A stretch of 64,000 bases of DNA from an uncultured archaeon (GTDB lineage: Archaea > Iainarchaeota > Iainarchaeia > Iainarchaeales > JAAZKV01). This document shows, one piece after another, positions 36,877-46,089 of this stretch. The notes beneath the pieces were generated by a model that saw nothing but the letters and a program-made list of their open reading frames with translations, was not told where the DNA came from and did no database searches. Where the stretch lies: the NCBI GenBank assembly GCA_964461205.1, contig CAYWUL010000001.1, positions 28,549 to 92,548 of the forward strand, read 5' to 3'. Within the stretch, counting starts at the first letter, position 1. Each line of letters starts with the position of its first letter. Both the position numbers and the translations under genes were made by a program.

Positions 36877-38001
36877 ATGAAAATTTGTTTGTTTGCAAGA
36901 AACCACCCAAAATATGGGGTTGGGGGGATAGGAGAATTTGTTTATGATTTATCTCAAAACCTTTCTGGTTTGGGTCATGAAGTGCATGTTATAGTTAGCA
37001 AGTACTCTGAAAACGCTTCAAATAAAATGCCTGTTGAATTAATGTGTGGAAAAGTAAAATATCACTTTATTGAGCATCCGAGATTCTCTTCTGGTTTGCT
37101 TTTTAATTTTTTTTACAATATTGCAGCATACAAAAAGGCACGTTCTCTCGGAAAAAAAATTCACTTCGATGTTTTTAATATTAATTCAACATTATATGGT
37201 GGGCTTTTTTTACTTTTATCAAGAGGAAATTTTAAAAAAGTTTTAACAATTCACACTTCTCTCAAAGAAGAAGCGCATTATGCAGACTCATTTATTTGGA
37301 AAATATATTTTTTTATTGCATCTTGTTTTGAAAAAATTTGTATTTCAAAATCTGATGGAGTTCTTTTTGTTAGCAAATTTTTGTCAAAAAAGACCTTTCC
37401 AAAAAAAGACTCTATGAAAAAGTCGGCAGTAATTTATCCTGGGGTAAATTCAAAAATTTTCTCAAAAAAATCAACACGTGAAAAAATACCCTTGTTTGTT
37501 TTTGTGGGGCGTTTAGTAAAAAGAAAAGGCATTATTTATCTTAAAGAATTCGCACAAAATCTTAAGCAAATTAATTCCGAAGCAAAAATAAGGGTTTTTG
37601 GACAAGGGCCAGCACAAAAAGAATTATCACTAATTAGCAACATTGAAATTGTTGGAAGGGTTCAAAGAAAAGATTTAGCTTTGCATTTTTCAAAAGCCAC
37701 AGCATTATTATTTTTTTCAATGGATGAAGGATTTGGATTAGTTATGCTGGAATCGATGCTTTGTGAAACACCTGTAATTGCTCTAAATACGGGTGCAGTG
37801 CCAGAAATCATTTCAAATAAACAAAATGGGATAATTCTTGGTTCTAATAATATGTGCCGTGCAGCTATTATTGCAACTGAGTTGTCACAGAACAAGAAAA
37901 TATTAAATTCTTTTGGAAAAAAAGCACGAGAGGAAATAGTGAAAAATTTTTCTTGGAAAGAATCAGCAAAAAAAACAATCGATTTTTATAAATCTCTTTA
38001 A
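36877..38001 (+). CDS. GT4 (GT-B) glycosyltransferase
   Basis: SMDEGFGLVMLESMLCETPVIA motif. ATG at 36877 preferred over GTG 36868, which overlaps the upstream stop. Confidence 0.8.
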   Translation: MKICLFARNHPKYGVGGIGEFVYDLSQNLSGLGHEVHVIVSKYSENASNKMPVELMCGKVKYHFIEHPRFSSGLLFNFFYNIAAYKKARSLGKKIHFDVFNINSTLYGGLFLLLSRGNFKKVLTIHTSLKEEAHYADSFIWKIYFFIASCFEKICISKSDGVLFVSKFLSKKTFPKKDSMKKSAVIYPGVNSKIFSKKSTREKIPLFVFVGRLVKRKGIIYLKEFAQNLKQINSEAKIRVFGQGPAQKELSLISNIEIVGRVQRKDLALHFSKATALLFFSMDEGFGLVMLESMLCETPVIALNTGAVPEIISNKQNGIILGSNNMCRAAIIATELSQNKKILNSFGKKAREEIVKNFSWKESAKKTIDFYKSL

Positions 38002-38051
38002 GTTTTAAATTTTAATTTTAAAAAAAACAATTGTTAAAACAATTTATTTGT

Positions 38052-38630
38052 TTATTTTATTGGCTGAAGAACAAAACGTAACTCGTATGCTGGAAAGATA
38101 TTTCCAAAAAAACGTTGATAAATATTTGGAAAATTATTAGCAAATGCTTCTGGAATGAAAAAGCCTATTTTTTTTAGCCAATTATATGGCCCATCAATTG
38201 CCTTTGCATAAAAATTAAAATTAATTTCAATAACACGTAAGCGTACTTTTGAATACTCCCAACCAAGTTCTTTTTTTGATTTAGTGAATAGATTAAAAGA
38301 ATTATAATTAAAGAATTTTTTATGGCAGGGATAATATGCTCCGGGTGCAGCATAAAAAGGTACGATTATTTCTATTCTTCCTTTTGGTTTTGTAATTCTA
38401 TAAAATTCCTCGATAGTTTTTTCAAAATGTTCCAGGTGTTCAAGGCAATGTCGTGAATAAACTTTATCAAAAGAATTTGCTTTTATTGGATAAGGAAATT
38501 TTTCTAAGTCATGATTTATGTCTGCATTCTTTAAATCCATTCCTATTGCATTAGGAATTTTTCTATTTCCACAACCAACATCCAAAATATTTTTTTTCAT
38601 GATAATCATTATTTCTTTTAAAGAAAGCAA
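38052..38630 (-). CDS. class I SAM-dependent methyltransferase (Methyltransf_11-like)
   Basis: ILDVGCGNRKIP and VYSRHCLEHLEH motifs. Confidence 0.65.
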   Translation of the reverse strand: MLSLKEIMIIMKKNILDVGCGNRKIPNAIGMDLKNADINHDLEKFPYPIKANSFDKVYSRHCLEHLEHFEKTIEEFYRITKPKGRIEIIVPFYAAPGAYYPCHKKFFNYNSFNLFTKSKKELGWEYSKVRLRVIEINFNFYAKAIDGPYNWLKKIGFFIPEAFANNFPNIYQRFFGNIFPAYELRFVLQPIK

Positions 38631-38673
38631 TTATCTTTAGTGCACTTTTTATTAAAAGCCTATCATTTTAAAT

Positions 38674-39855
38674 TCACACTTGTTTGTAAAAATCATTAAG
38701 CCTTTTTCCAATCTCATACAAACTAAACTGTTTAAGGAATTCTTCTGTTTTTTTTGATTTTTTTTGTACTGATCTTTTTTTGAGAACTAAATTGACCTTT
38801 TTTGCTAATTCTTTTTCGTTTTCGCTTTCAAATAAATATCCATTGTTAATTCCCTTAACAATTTCAACTAGACCCCCAGTTCTTGAAGCAATTAATGGTT
38901 TTCCGCAAGATGCCGCTTCAATAACACTTATTCCAAATGGTTCATATTTAGATGGTTGTACAAAAACATCACAAGTATAATAAACTGCGGGGAGCTTGTC
39001 ATGCTCGATTTTTCCAAAAAAATAAACTTTGTCATTTATCCCGAGTTCCTTTGTAAGCAATAAGAGCTTTTTTGTATATTCTTGGCTTCCTTCTCCATAA
39101 ACATGTAACTCTGCTTTTTGATTTTTTGTAATTATGTTTGGCATGGCTTTAATCATTGTTTCAATCCCTTTCCACGGTACAAGCCGAGAAACTGTTAAAA
39201 TAATCTTTTTTTCTTTTTTTGTTTTGTTTTTGTATTTAAATATTGAAGTATCTAGGGGATTTGGTAGAATGAATATTTTTTTATCTGATATTGAGTATAA
39301 TTTTTTCAACACTTTTTTTTGGTATTCATTTTGAACATGAATATAATCACTTGCATTAAAAATTATTTTTTGCATTCGAAACAAAATTTTTTCAAATAAT
39401 CTTTTTTTCTTCATTAAATCTTCAATGCTCTTTCCATTATTACTTTTTAATCCAGAAAATTCTACTGCCAAATCACCCGCATACTTGATAATAACCGTGG
39501 GTGTTGATAGTGAAGTTAATTTACAAAAAAGAGCAGCAATTGCACTTATGTGAGAATCATGAGCATGTATTATTCTTGGTTTTATAGAATTACAGACGAT
39601 CCTAGAATAAATAGACATAAAAATAGTTCTTGCAAAAACTGCGAATGGATTACTAAAACTTGGCCAATAACAAGAGGGGCTTCTTTTTATGGAAAAATTT
39701 TTGGTCTTATCAATGTATTTTTCTTTTTCGCGAAAGGCAATAATAGTTAAGTTGTTTTCTTTTGATGCTTCTGTAGCTAATTGTGGTACTGTTGTTGCTG
39801 GTCCGCCGATTCTTGGGGGGTAATTTGAAGCTATGTAAAGAATATTAGAATCCAT
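38674..39855 (-). CDS. GT4 (GT-B) glycosyltransferase
   Basis: PSKYEPFGISVIEAASCGKPLIAS motif. Confidence 0.8.
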   Translation of the reverse strand: MDSNILYIASNYPPRIGGPATTVPQLATEASKENNLTIIAFREKEKYIDKTKNFSIKRSPSCYWPSFSNPFAVFARTIFMSIYSRIVCNSIKPRIIHAHDSHISAIAALFCKLTSLSTPTVIIKYAGDLAVEFSGLKSNNGKSIEDLMKKKRLFEKILFRMQKIIFNASDYIHVQNEYQKKVLKKLYSISDKKIFILPNPLDTSIFKYKNKTKKEKKIILTVSRLVPWKGIETMIKAMPNIITKNQKAELHVYGEGSQEYTKKLLLLTKELGINDKVYFFGKIEHDKLPAVYYTCDVFVQPSKYEPFGISVIEAASCGKPLIASRTGGLVEIVKGINNGYLFESENEKELAKKVNLVLKKRSVQKKSKKTEEFLKQFSLYEIGKRLNDFYKQV

Positions 39856-39913
39856 GTGTCTACTAAAACAAGTTTATAAACACCCTTTTAAATAATTGTG
39901 TCAAATTCTATTT

Positions 39914-40909
39914 ATGCACTTGCGTAATTTATTGTTTGTTATTGGCATAGCAATTTTTTTACTTGTTCTTTTCTCTTTTAACATTGACTTTTCAGTAATG
40001 TTTAGAGTAAAGAACCCAATTTTTATAATTCTTGCTGCAGTTGTTTATTTAATTGGTATTTTTATCGCATCTTTAAGAGCAGGATTTTTTATTAAAATTA
40101 CAAACAAAAGAAACCTTGATTTTTCTTTAAAAAATACAAAAGACTTTTTTTCTGTGGAATTAATTAATAAACTAGCTTACTATATTTTGCCTGCGCGAAT
40201 TAATGTTCCAATAAAGGCATTGTTAATTAGCAAAGCATTTGGTGTATCAAAAGGTGACTCAATTGCAATAACTGCTCTTGAATATGCTATTGATTTGGGC
40301 ATAATGTTTGTGCTTGGATTTATTTTGTTCTCAATATTTTTCCAAAAATTATTTTATCAAATTACTTTGTTTAATCTTTTTATTACTCTGGTAGTTATTA
40401 TTTTATTAGCAATATTATTTTTTTTAGTTCCTTCTAGTTTTTTTGAAAGAATTGTTAAGTCGGTTTCAAAAATAAAAAACGCTTTTGTTAAAAAAATATT
40501 TTTTCTTATAACAAAAACAATTTTAAAAGTACGAACGGTTTGGCCGAGGTTATTGCTTGATTGGTCTCAGATACCAATACTTATTCTTTCTGTTGCCGGC
40601 ATAATAATTACAGCAATGGCTTCTGAATTAATATTTTTAGCATATGGTATTTATGTTCCTGTACTGTGGGTAATAGCTGTTGGTGCTGTGTCTGTTTTGG
40701 TTGGCGGAATAAGTCAAATTCCAGGCGGTATTGGATCAAGAGAGATAACAATAATTGCATTATTTGTATTCCTTGGTTTGCAAAAGGATGTTGTTCTCTC
40801 AGTGGCTGTTTTTTTAAGAATATTAAGTCTTTTACCAATAATTCTTGGGTACATTGCATTAGTTGGGTTTAGAAAAAAGTTTGGTTTAAATGTTTTTCGT
40901 GGACTTTAA
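39914..40909 (+). CDS. UPF0104 / LPG-synthase-TM-like 'flippase-like' membrane protein
   Basis: 8 or more TM segments. GGISQIPGGIGSREITIIALF matches the UPF0104 signature. ATG 39914 preferred over TTG 39896. Confidence 0.55.
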   Translation: MHLRNLLFVIGIAIFLLVLFSFNIDFSVMFRVKNPIFIILAAVVYLIGIFIASLRAGFFIKITNKRNLDFSLKNTKDFFSVELINKLAYYILPARINVPIKALLISKAFGVSKGDSIAITALEYAIDLGIMFVLGFILFSIFFQKLFYQITLFNLFITLVVIILLAILFFLVPSSFFERIVKSVSKIKNAFVKKIFFLITKTILKVRTVWPRLLLDWSQIPILILSVAGIIITAMASELIFLAYGIYVPVLWVIAVGAVSVLVGGISQIPGGIGSREITIIALFVFLGLQKDVVLSVAVFLRILSLLPIILGYIALVGFRKKFGLNVFRGL

Positions 40910-40974
40910 AATATGCTCTTGATTCTGATTGATTTTATTTTAACTATGGTGTTTTGTAATTTTGTTAACTTTTT

Positions 40975-42240
40975 TCAGTTAGAATATTTTCCACGCAACA
41001 CTGCTTTAAAAAATCTCCACATGTCTTTGAAGAAATTCAGTGATGATTTTCCTTCTCTTTCTTCTGCTTCTATTTTTATTTCTTTGTAAATAAATCCTTT
41101 GCTTATTGCTTTTGCAGTGAATTCTGCTTCAAAATCAAGCCCTTTTGCTTTAATATTCATTCCATTAATAAGATCTTTTTTGAATGCTCTTAAACCAGTT
41201 GTTACATCAGTAACTTTCTTTTTTAGAATTACGCTTGTAGCAAGAGCACCTAATTTGTTTGCCATTACTCTATGCCAAGGCATGTCCTCTGGCCACATTC
41301 CTCTAAACCTAGTTCCAACAACAAGATCTGCTCTTCTGATTTCGTCAGCTAAATCTGGAATTTTTTCTGGAGGATAAGTACAATCCGCATCAATTGTTAC
41401 AATAACCTTGTTTTTTGCTTTTCTAAATCCTTCTTTTAGTGCTCCTGCTTTTCCTTTATTTTTTTTGTATGAAATAACCCATATTTTTTCTTTTCTCGCA
41501 ACCTCTGCAGTCTTATCTCTACTACCATCATCTACAACAATTATTTCATCGCCTTTGTTGATTACTTTTTTGCAACGCCTAATAACTTCTTGAATGCCTT
41601 TTTCTTCATTATATGCAGGAATTATTATTGATTTTTGTATTTTTTTGTCTTTTGTTTTCATTATGTAAAAACTAGTCTCACTATTTATTGTTGTTCCATT
41701 TTTTAATCCGCGAAATATTTTTATTGCTGCAAGATTTTGTTCAACAAATTCTTTTGCACTTTTGTATCTTTCAAAATTTGTGTCATCTAAAATTACGATG
41801 CATTTTTCTTTTATGAATGGCATAATTGCTCTTGCAGCATCTTCTCTTAGCTTATAAGAATCAATTAAAACCAAATCTGCTTTTGGACCATATTTTTTTC
41901 CTATTTCAATAAATCTTTTATTTCCTTTAGAAAAAAGTAAATCAACATTTTTTAGTTCTAGTTTTTTTATCTTTTTTGCCCATTCTTTGTCTGTCTCAAC
42001 TGTGTAAACTTTTTTTACTCTTTTCGAGAAAAATTTAGTTGATGCTCCTGACCCAAATTCCAAAATTGTCATTTTTTTATTTAATAATTCTTCTAAAAAT
42101 GTTTCTGCTTGATAAGTCATAAAAGTATTTTCTGTTGATAAAATGTCTTTGCCCCAATTCTTGGCAAGCAAGGGTAAGTAGTAAATGTTTGATGGGTGTT
42201 CAAAAATGCTTTTTGTGAGTCTTGAAATTCCGCGAATCAT
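40975..42240 (-). CDS. fusion protein: N-terminal class I methyltransferase-like domain + C-terminal GT2 (Dpm1-like) glycosyltransferase
   Basis: N-terminal half has ILEFGSGASTKFF and LVLIDS. C-terminal half has IIIPAYNEE...VVDDGSRDKTAEVA...TIDADCTYPPE...GTRF. Confidence 0.7.
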   Translation of the reverse strand: MIRGISRLTKSIFEHPSNIYYLPLLAKNWGKDILSTENTFMTYQAETFLEELLNKKMTILEFGSGASTKFFSKRVKKVYTVETDKEWAKKIKKLELKNVDLLFSKGNKRFIEIGKKYGPKADLVLIDSYKLREDAARAIMPFIKEKCIVILDDTNFERYKSAKEFVEQNLAAIKIFRGLKNGTTINSETSFYIMKTKDKKIQKSIIIPAYNEEKGIQEVIRRCKKVINKGDEIIVVDDGSRDKTAEVARKEKIWVISYKKNKGKAGALKEGFRKAKNKVIVTIDADCTYPPEKIPDLADEIRRADLVVGTRFRGMWPEDMPWHRVMANKLGALATSVILKKKVTDVTTGLRAFKKDLINGMNIKAKGLDFEAEFTAKAISKGFIYKEIKIEAEEREGKSSLNFFKDMWRFFKAVLRGKYSN

Positions 42241-42253
42241 TGTAATCCCTGTA

Positions 42254-43411
42254 TTATTTATCTAAAGTAATCTTTATTATTTGTTCTGTTATTTTTTTCC
42301 AATTGTATTTTTCTATTACTTCTTTCAAGTTTTTATTGCCCATGTCTTTTGCTTTTTTCTTGTTATTAATGAGGTATTTCATTGCCTTTTCTATTTCATT
42401 TTCATTTGATTCATCCACTAAAAAACCGTGAATATTGTTTTTAACAAGGGTTTTAAGATTCCCTATTGAACTAGCAATTATTGGTTTTGCACACGCCTTA
42501 TAGTCAAAAACTTTTACTGGTGAATAAAAATAATCATATTTCTTTATTGTTGAGAAACTTCTGTCAAATAAAGCAATACAAACATCTGATATATTTATGT
42601 AAAATGCAAGCTCTTCTAATGGAATATTCCCGAGGAAAGTCACTCCTTTGATTTTTTCTCTTTTAATAAATTCTTCTAAGCCCTTTTTTTTGGGGCCTTC
42701 TCCTGCTAATAAAAATCTAGTTGTCGTATCAGTTTGGTTTACTTTTTTAAAGGCTTTTATTGTGTTTTTTAGACAATGCCAATCTTGAAAACTCCCGCTA
42801 TAAAAAAAAGTTCTGCCTTTTAATCCAAGTTTTTTTGCAAGTCCTCTTTTTTTCTTTGTTGGATAAAAATTTTTTGGGTTGGATCCATTTGTAAAGATTT
42901 CTCTTTTCTTTTTTGGTTTAATCCATCTTAATTCACATTCGTGCTGTCCAAAAACTTTGTCAGCATATTTTGTGCAATGGATAAACCATTTTTTTATTAT
43001 AAAAAATAATAAATTATCTTCTGATGTTTCAATTGGTTCATTTAATTCGATTATAGTTTTTATTCCAGCTTTTCGTCCTTCGATTACTCCTTGGTTACCA
43101 AAAATTCTGTTTCTCTGCCAAACAAAATCAATTTTTTTATCTTTTATAATCTTCCTACTTATCCTGCCAAGGTTTACAAACAAAAAAATGTTTTTTAACA
43201 AGCCACTTTTTGGTAGTTTAATATGATAATATGTTATTCTTTTTTTTCCTTGTTTTTTTGTTTCAATGTTCTTTTGATTTTTTCCTTTTTTGTTAATCAC
43301 AAAAACATTGTGCCCAAGCTCGTTTAAGGAATTAATTGTTTCTTGTACATGGGTGCTTCCTCCATGAAACCCTGGCAATTCAATGTCTTCTGCAATGTAT
43401 AATATCCTCAT
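42254..43411 (-). CDS. GT4 (GT-B) glycosyltransferase
   Basis: MRILYIAEDIELPGFHGGSTHV N-terminus and GT-B C-terminal domain (FDYKACAKPIIAS). Confidence 0.7.
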   Translation of the reverse strand: MRILYIAEDIELPGFHGGSTHVQETINSLNELGHNVFVINKKGKNQKNIETKKQGKKRITYYHIKLPKSGLLKNIFLFVNLGRISRKIIKDKKIDFVWQRNRIFGNQGVIEGRKAGIKTIIELNEPIETSEDNLLFFIIKKWFIHCTKYADKVFGQHECELRWIKPKKKREIFTNGSNPKNFYPTKKKRGLAKKLGLKGRTFFYSGSFQDWHCLKNTIKAFKKVNQTDTTTRFLLAGEGPKKKGLEEFIKREKIKGVTFLGNIPLEELAFYINISDVCIALFDRSFSTIKKYDYFYSPVKVFDYKACAKPIIASSIGNLKTLVKNNIHGFLVDESNENEIEKAMKYLINNKKKAKDMGNKNLKEVIEKYNWKKITEQIIKITLDK

Positions 43412-43441
43412 TGAATTTACCTTCTTTAAAAGTTTAATTTT

Positions 43442-43981
43442 TTATGCTCTTGCGACGTTAATAAAAAATGCTTTTACTTTTGAGTCTTCAAGATTTTTAT
43501 TATCAAGTATGAATTTTTCAACAAGTGGAGTGAACACTAATACAAAACCACTTACTGTTGCAAGGTGTAATATTGTGAAAGGAATTTGTCCTATCAATGC
43601 AATTTCAAAGCTGTATCCAAATAGTAACGGCATCATCATTACTCCTGTAACAAAATCAAATATTAGTACCCCCACAACGCCCGAAGCCAGATAATGTTTC
43701 ATTTTTATCTTTTTAAATTTTTTATAAGTAAAAAAGAAAAATGCTCCAAGAAAACCATATGTTAGGGCAGTAACAATTGTCCAAATGCCAACAAAACCAG
43801 TTATTAAATCAAAAGAGACCATTGTAATAATTGGGAAAAAAACAGCCACAGAGAGTTTTTCTTGTTTTGAAAAGGGTAGCATAAAACTCATTATGGGGTC
43901 ATTATTTGGAATAAATCTAAAAATACGAATGAGATTTGACACTAGTATTGTGAAAAATATTTTTGTAACTCCAATTCCCAT
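43442..43981 (-). CDS. small 5-6 TM membrane protein, ECF-S-component-sized (DUF6580-like putative transporter)
   Basis: 179 aa. RFIPNNDPIMSFMLPF near the N-terminus and LIFDFVTG...IPFTILHL resemble my recollection of the DUF6580 pattern (R-l-i-P-h-p-P-N-f-t-P-i). Low certainty. Confidence 0.35.
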   Translation of the reverse strand: MGIGVTKIFFTILVSNLIRIFRFIPNNDPIMSFMLPFSKQEKLSVAVFFPIITMVSFDLITGFVGIWTIVTALTYGFLGAFFFFTYKKFKKIKMKHYLASGVVGVLIFDFVTGVMMMPLLFGYSFEIALIGQIPFTILHLATVSGFVLVFTPLVEKFILDNKNLEDSKVKAFFINVARA

Positions 43982-44045
43982 GAATTAAAAAGTACTTATT
44001 CCTTTATTTAAAGTTAACTGGTTCAAATATTTTTTCTCTTAGTGC

Positions 44046-45134
44046 TTAGAAGTTAGTTGACTTTTTCCAGACTTTTTCCACCTTAATTGAGTCCATAAAT
44101 TTCTGTTTTTGTTTAATATCAAAGGTTCCTTTCACATAACAAGGCCATTTTTTGTTTTTTACTTGGAAAGCAAATCTTTTTTTTCCTTCTAAAAAAATTC
44201 TTTTTGAATCAGTTGGCCCAAATATTCCAATAGTTGGGATTTTTACAGCAATTGCAATATGCATTAATCCAGTATCATTTCCAATGTATCCATTTGATTT
44301 TGAAAATAAGTATGTAACTTCTTTCAAATTTAACCTTCCTGTGAAATCAAAAACCCCCCTTTTGTTATGTATAAGTTGAATGGTTTTTTTACTTCCTTCT
44401 TCTCCTTTTGCACCACAAAACACTATTTTTTGTCCATTCTCAATGATTTTATCTGAAAGCAAAGCATAATTCTTTTCTCCCCAACCCTTTGCTTCCGCTC
44501 CATCTCTAGTATTTGGATTGATTATTATAAAGTCCTTTAAGCCTTCTTTTTTAAGCATTTTTTCTACTTTTGCACACTTTTCAACCTCTATTACATACTC
44601 TTTTTCCTTTATTTTTTTGTTTCCCAATGCCTTTGCAATCAATAAATAATTGTCAATAATATTGTAGTTTTCTTTTGCCCCTTGCCATTTTCCAATCTCA
44701 AAATTTGCTTCTAACTTGCTTCCTTTCAAAAAACCAATTACATATTTTGGTTTTGATTTCCACGCAATAATTGTACTCTCTAAAGAATCATTCATTGAAA
44801 CAACAAGATCAAACCCTGTTTCAACTTTTCCTTTATCAACAATAACTTTGTCAATTGTTGGATTTAATTCAGCGATTTGTTTTGTTGCTCCTTTGCAAAG
44901 CAAAGTTGTTGTTGCTCTGGGAAATTGTTTGGCAATTTCTTTTATTGCCGGGGTTGACATTAAATAATCTCCTATGCCATATAATTGAATAAACAAAATT
45001 GCTCCTACTTCTTTTTTTTCGAAAACAATTTTATTTCTGAACAACCCTTTTACCGCGACCCGTCCTAATTGTCTAGTGACCTTTGTTGAATAATACTTTG
45101 CAATTCCTTGCTTTGATAATTCTTTATCAACCAT
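44046..45134 (-). CDS. GT9 family glycosyltransferase (heptosyltransferase-like)
   Basis: YIGNDTGLMHIAIAVKIPTIGIFGPT is the classical GT9 C-terminal motif. N-terminal LGDYLMSTPAI. Confidence 0.7.
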   Translation of the reverse strand: MVDKELSKQGIAKYYSTKVTRQLGRVAVKGLFRNKIVFEKKEVGAILFIQLYGIGDYLMSTPAIKEIAKQFPRATTTLLCKGATKQIAELNPTIDKVIVDKGKVETGFDLVVSMNDSLESTIIAWKSKPKYVIGFLKGSKLEANFEIGKWQGAKENYNIIDNYLLIAKALGNKKIKEKEYVIEVEKCAKVEKMLKKEGLKDFIIINPNTRDGAEAKGWGEKNYALLSDKIIENGQKIVFCGAKGEEGSKKTIQLIHNKRGVFDFTGRLNLKEVTYLFSKSNGYIGNDTGLMHIAIAVKIPTIGIFGPTDSKRIFLEGKKRFAFQVKNKKWPCYVKGTFDIKQKQKFMDSIKVEKVWKKSTNF

Positions 45135-46089
45135 TTATTTTCCCCCAAATTAATCCAATTCCAAAAACAACACTTCTTAAAAACAAAATTATTGGACTTG
45201 CTAATGCAACTGCTTTATCTTTTTTCCAAGAAAGAGAAAACAATTTTGCTCCAAGCAACAAATGTATTATTAAGAAAAATAAAGCAACAAACACAAGACT
45301 AATTGCTAACAAGGAAAAAATTAATGCGAGGATAACTAAATAAAAACAAATGATTTGTAATTTCAATGTTTGTGGAGTATATGAATCCTTCAACATCTTT
45401 TTCTTGTGCTTTGAATACATTCTTGGTCTATAAAACGCACGAAAGAATTTTATTTTCAAATATTTTGACAATTTTTTAGGATGAAAATGATAAACAATTG
45501 CTCTTGGGTTAAAAACAATTCTTCCTCCTTTTTCATGCAATTTATAACTCAATTCAGGGTCTTCTCCGCTAGCAATCGGAAAACTCTCATCAAAACCGCC
45601 AACAGAAAAATATTCTTTTTTATTGTAAGCCGCACTATAACTACCAACCCAATCAATGCTCTTCGATTTTTTCATTTTTTCATATCTCTCTTCAATTTCT
45701 ATTTGAGAAAACCTGGCCGTTAGTTCTTTTTGTTTAGTTTTATATGCTCCTTGAACAGCAACAACTTTCTTATCATCAAAAGGTTTTATCATTTCCTCTA
45801 ACCAATTTTTTTCAGCAACACAATCCGAATCAATAAATAAAATTATTTCTCCCTTGGCTTTTTTTGCCCCAATATTCCTTGCTTTTGCTGGCCCTTTGTT
45901 TTTTTGATAAAAATAGCCAACTTTTTTTGATTTAATTTTTTGAATTTCTTTTTTTGTGTTATCTATGCTTCCATCATCAACACAAATAATCTCAAATTGT
46001 TTCTTTGTTTTTTGTTCTAATAAAGAATTAAGAGTATTTGAAATAGTTTTTTCGCAATTGTAACACGGAATTATTATTGAATAAAACAT
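45127..46089 (-). CDS. GT2 glycosyltransferase with C-terminal TM helices
   Basis: IIIPCYNCEKT...CVDDGSIDNT...IDSDCV. Start codon shares a base with the upstream radical-SAM stop (TAATG). Confidence 0.8.
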   Translation of the reverse strand: MFYSIIIPCYNCEKTISNTLNSLLEQKTKKQFEIICVDDGSIDNTKKEIQKIKSKKVGYFYQKNKGPAKARNIGAKKAKGEIILFIDSDCVAEKNWLEEMIKPFDDKKVVAVQGAYKTKQKELTARFSQIEIEERYEKMKKSKSIDWVGSYSAAYNKKEYFSVGGFDESFPIASGEDPELSYKLHEKGGRIVFNPRAIVYHFHPKKLSKYLKIKFFRAFYRPRMYSKHKKKMLKDSYTPQTLKLQIICFYLVILALIFSLLAISLVFVALFFLIIHLLLGAKLFSLSWKKDKAVALASPIILFLRSVVFGIGLIWGKING

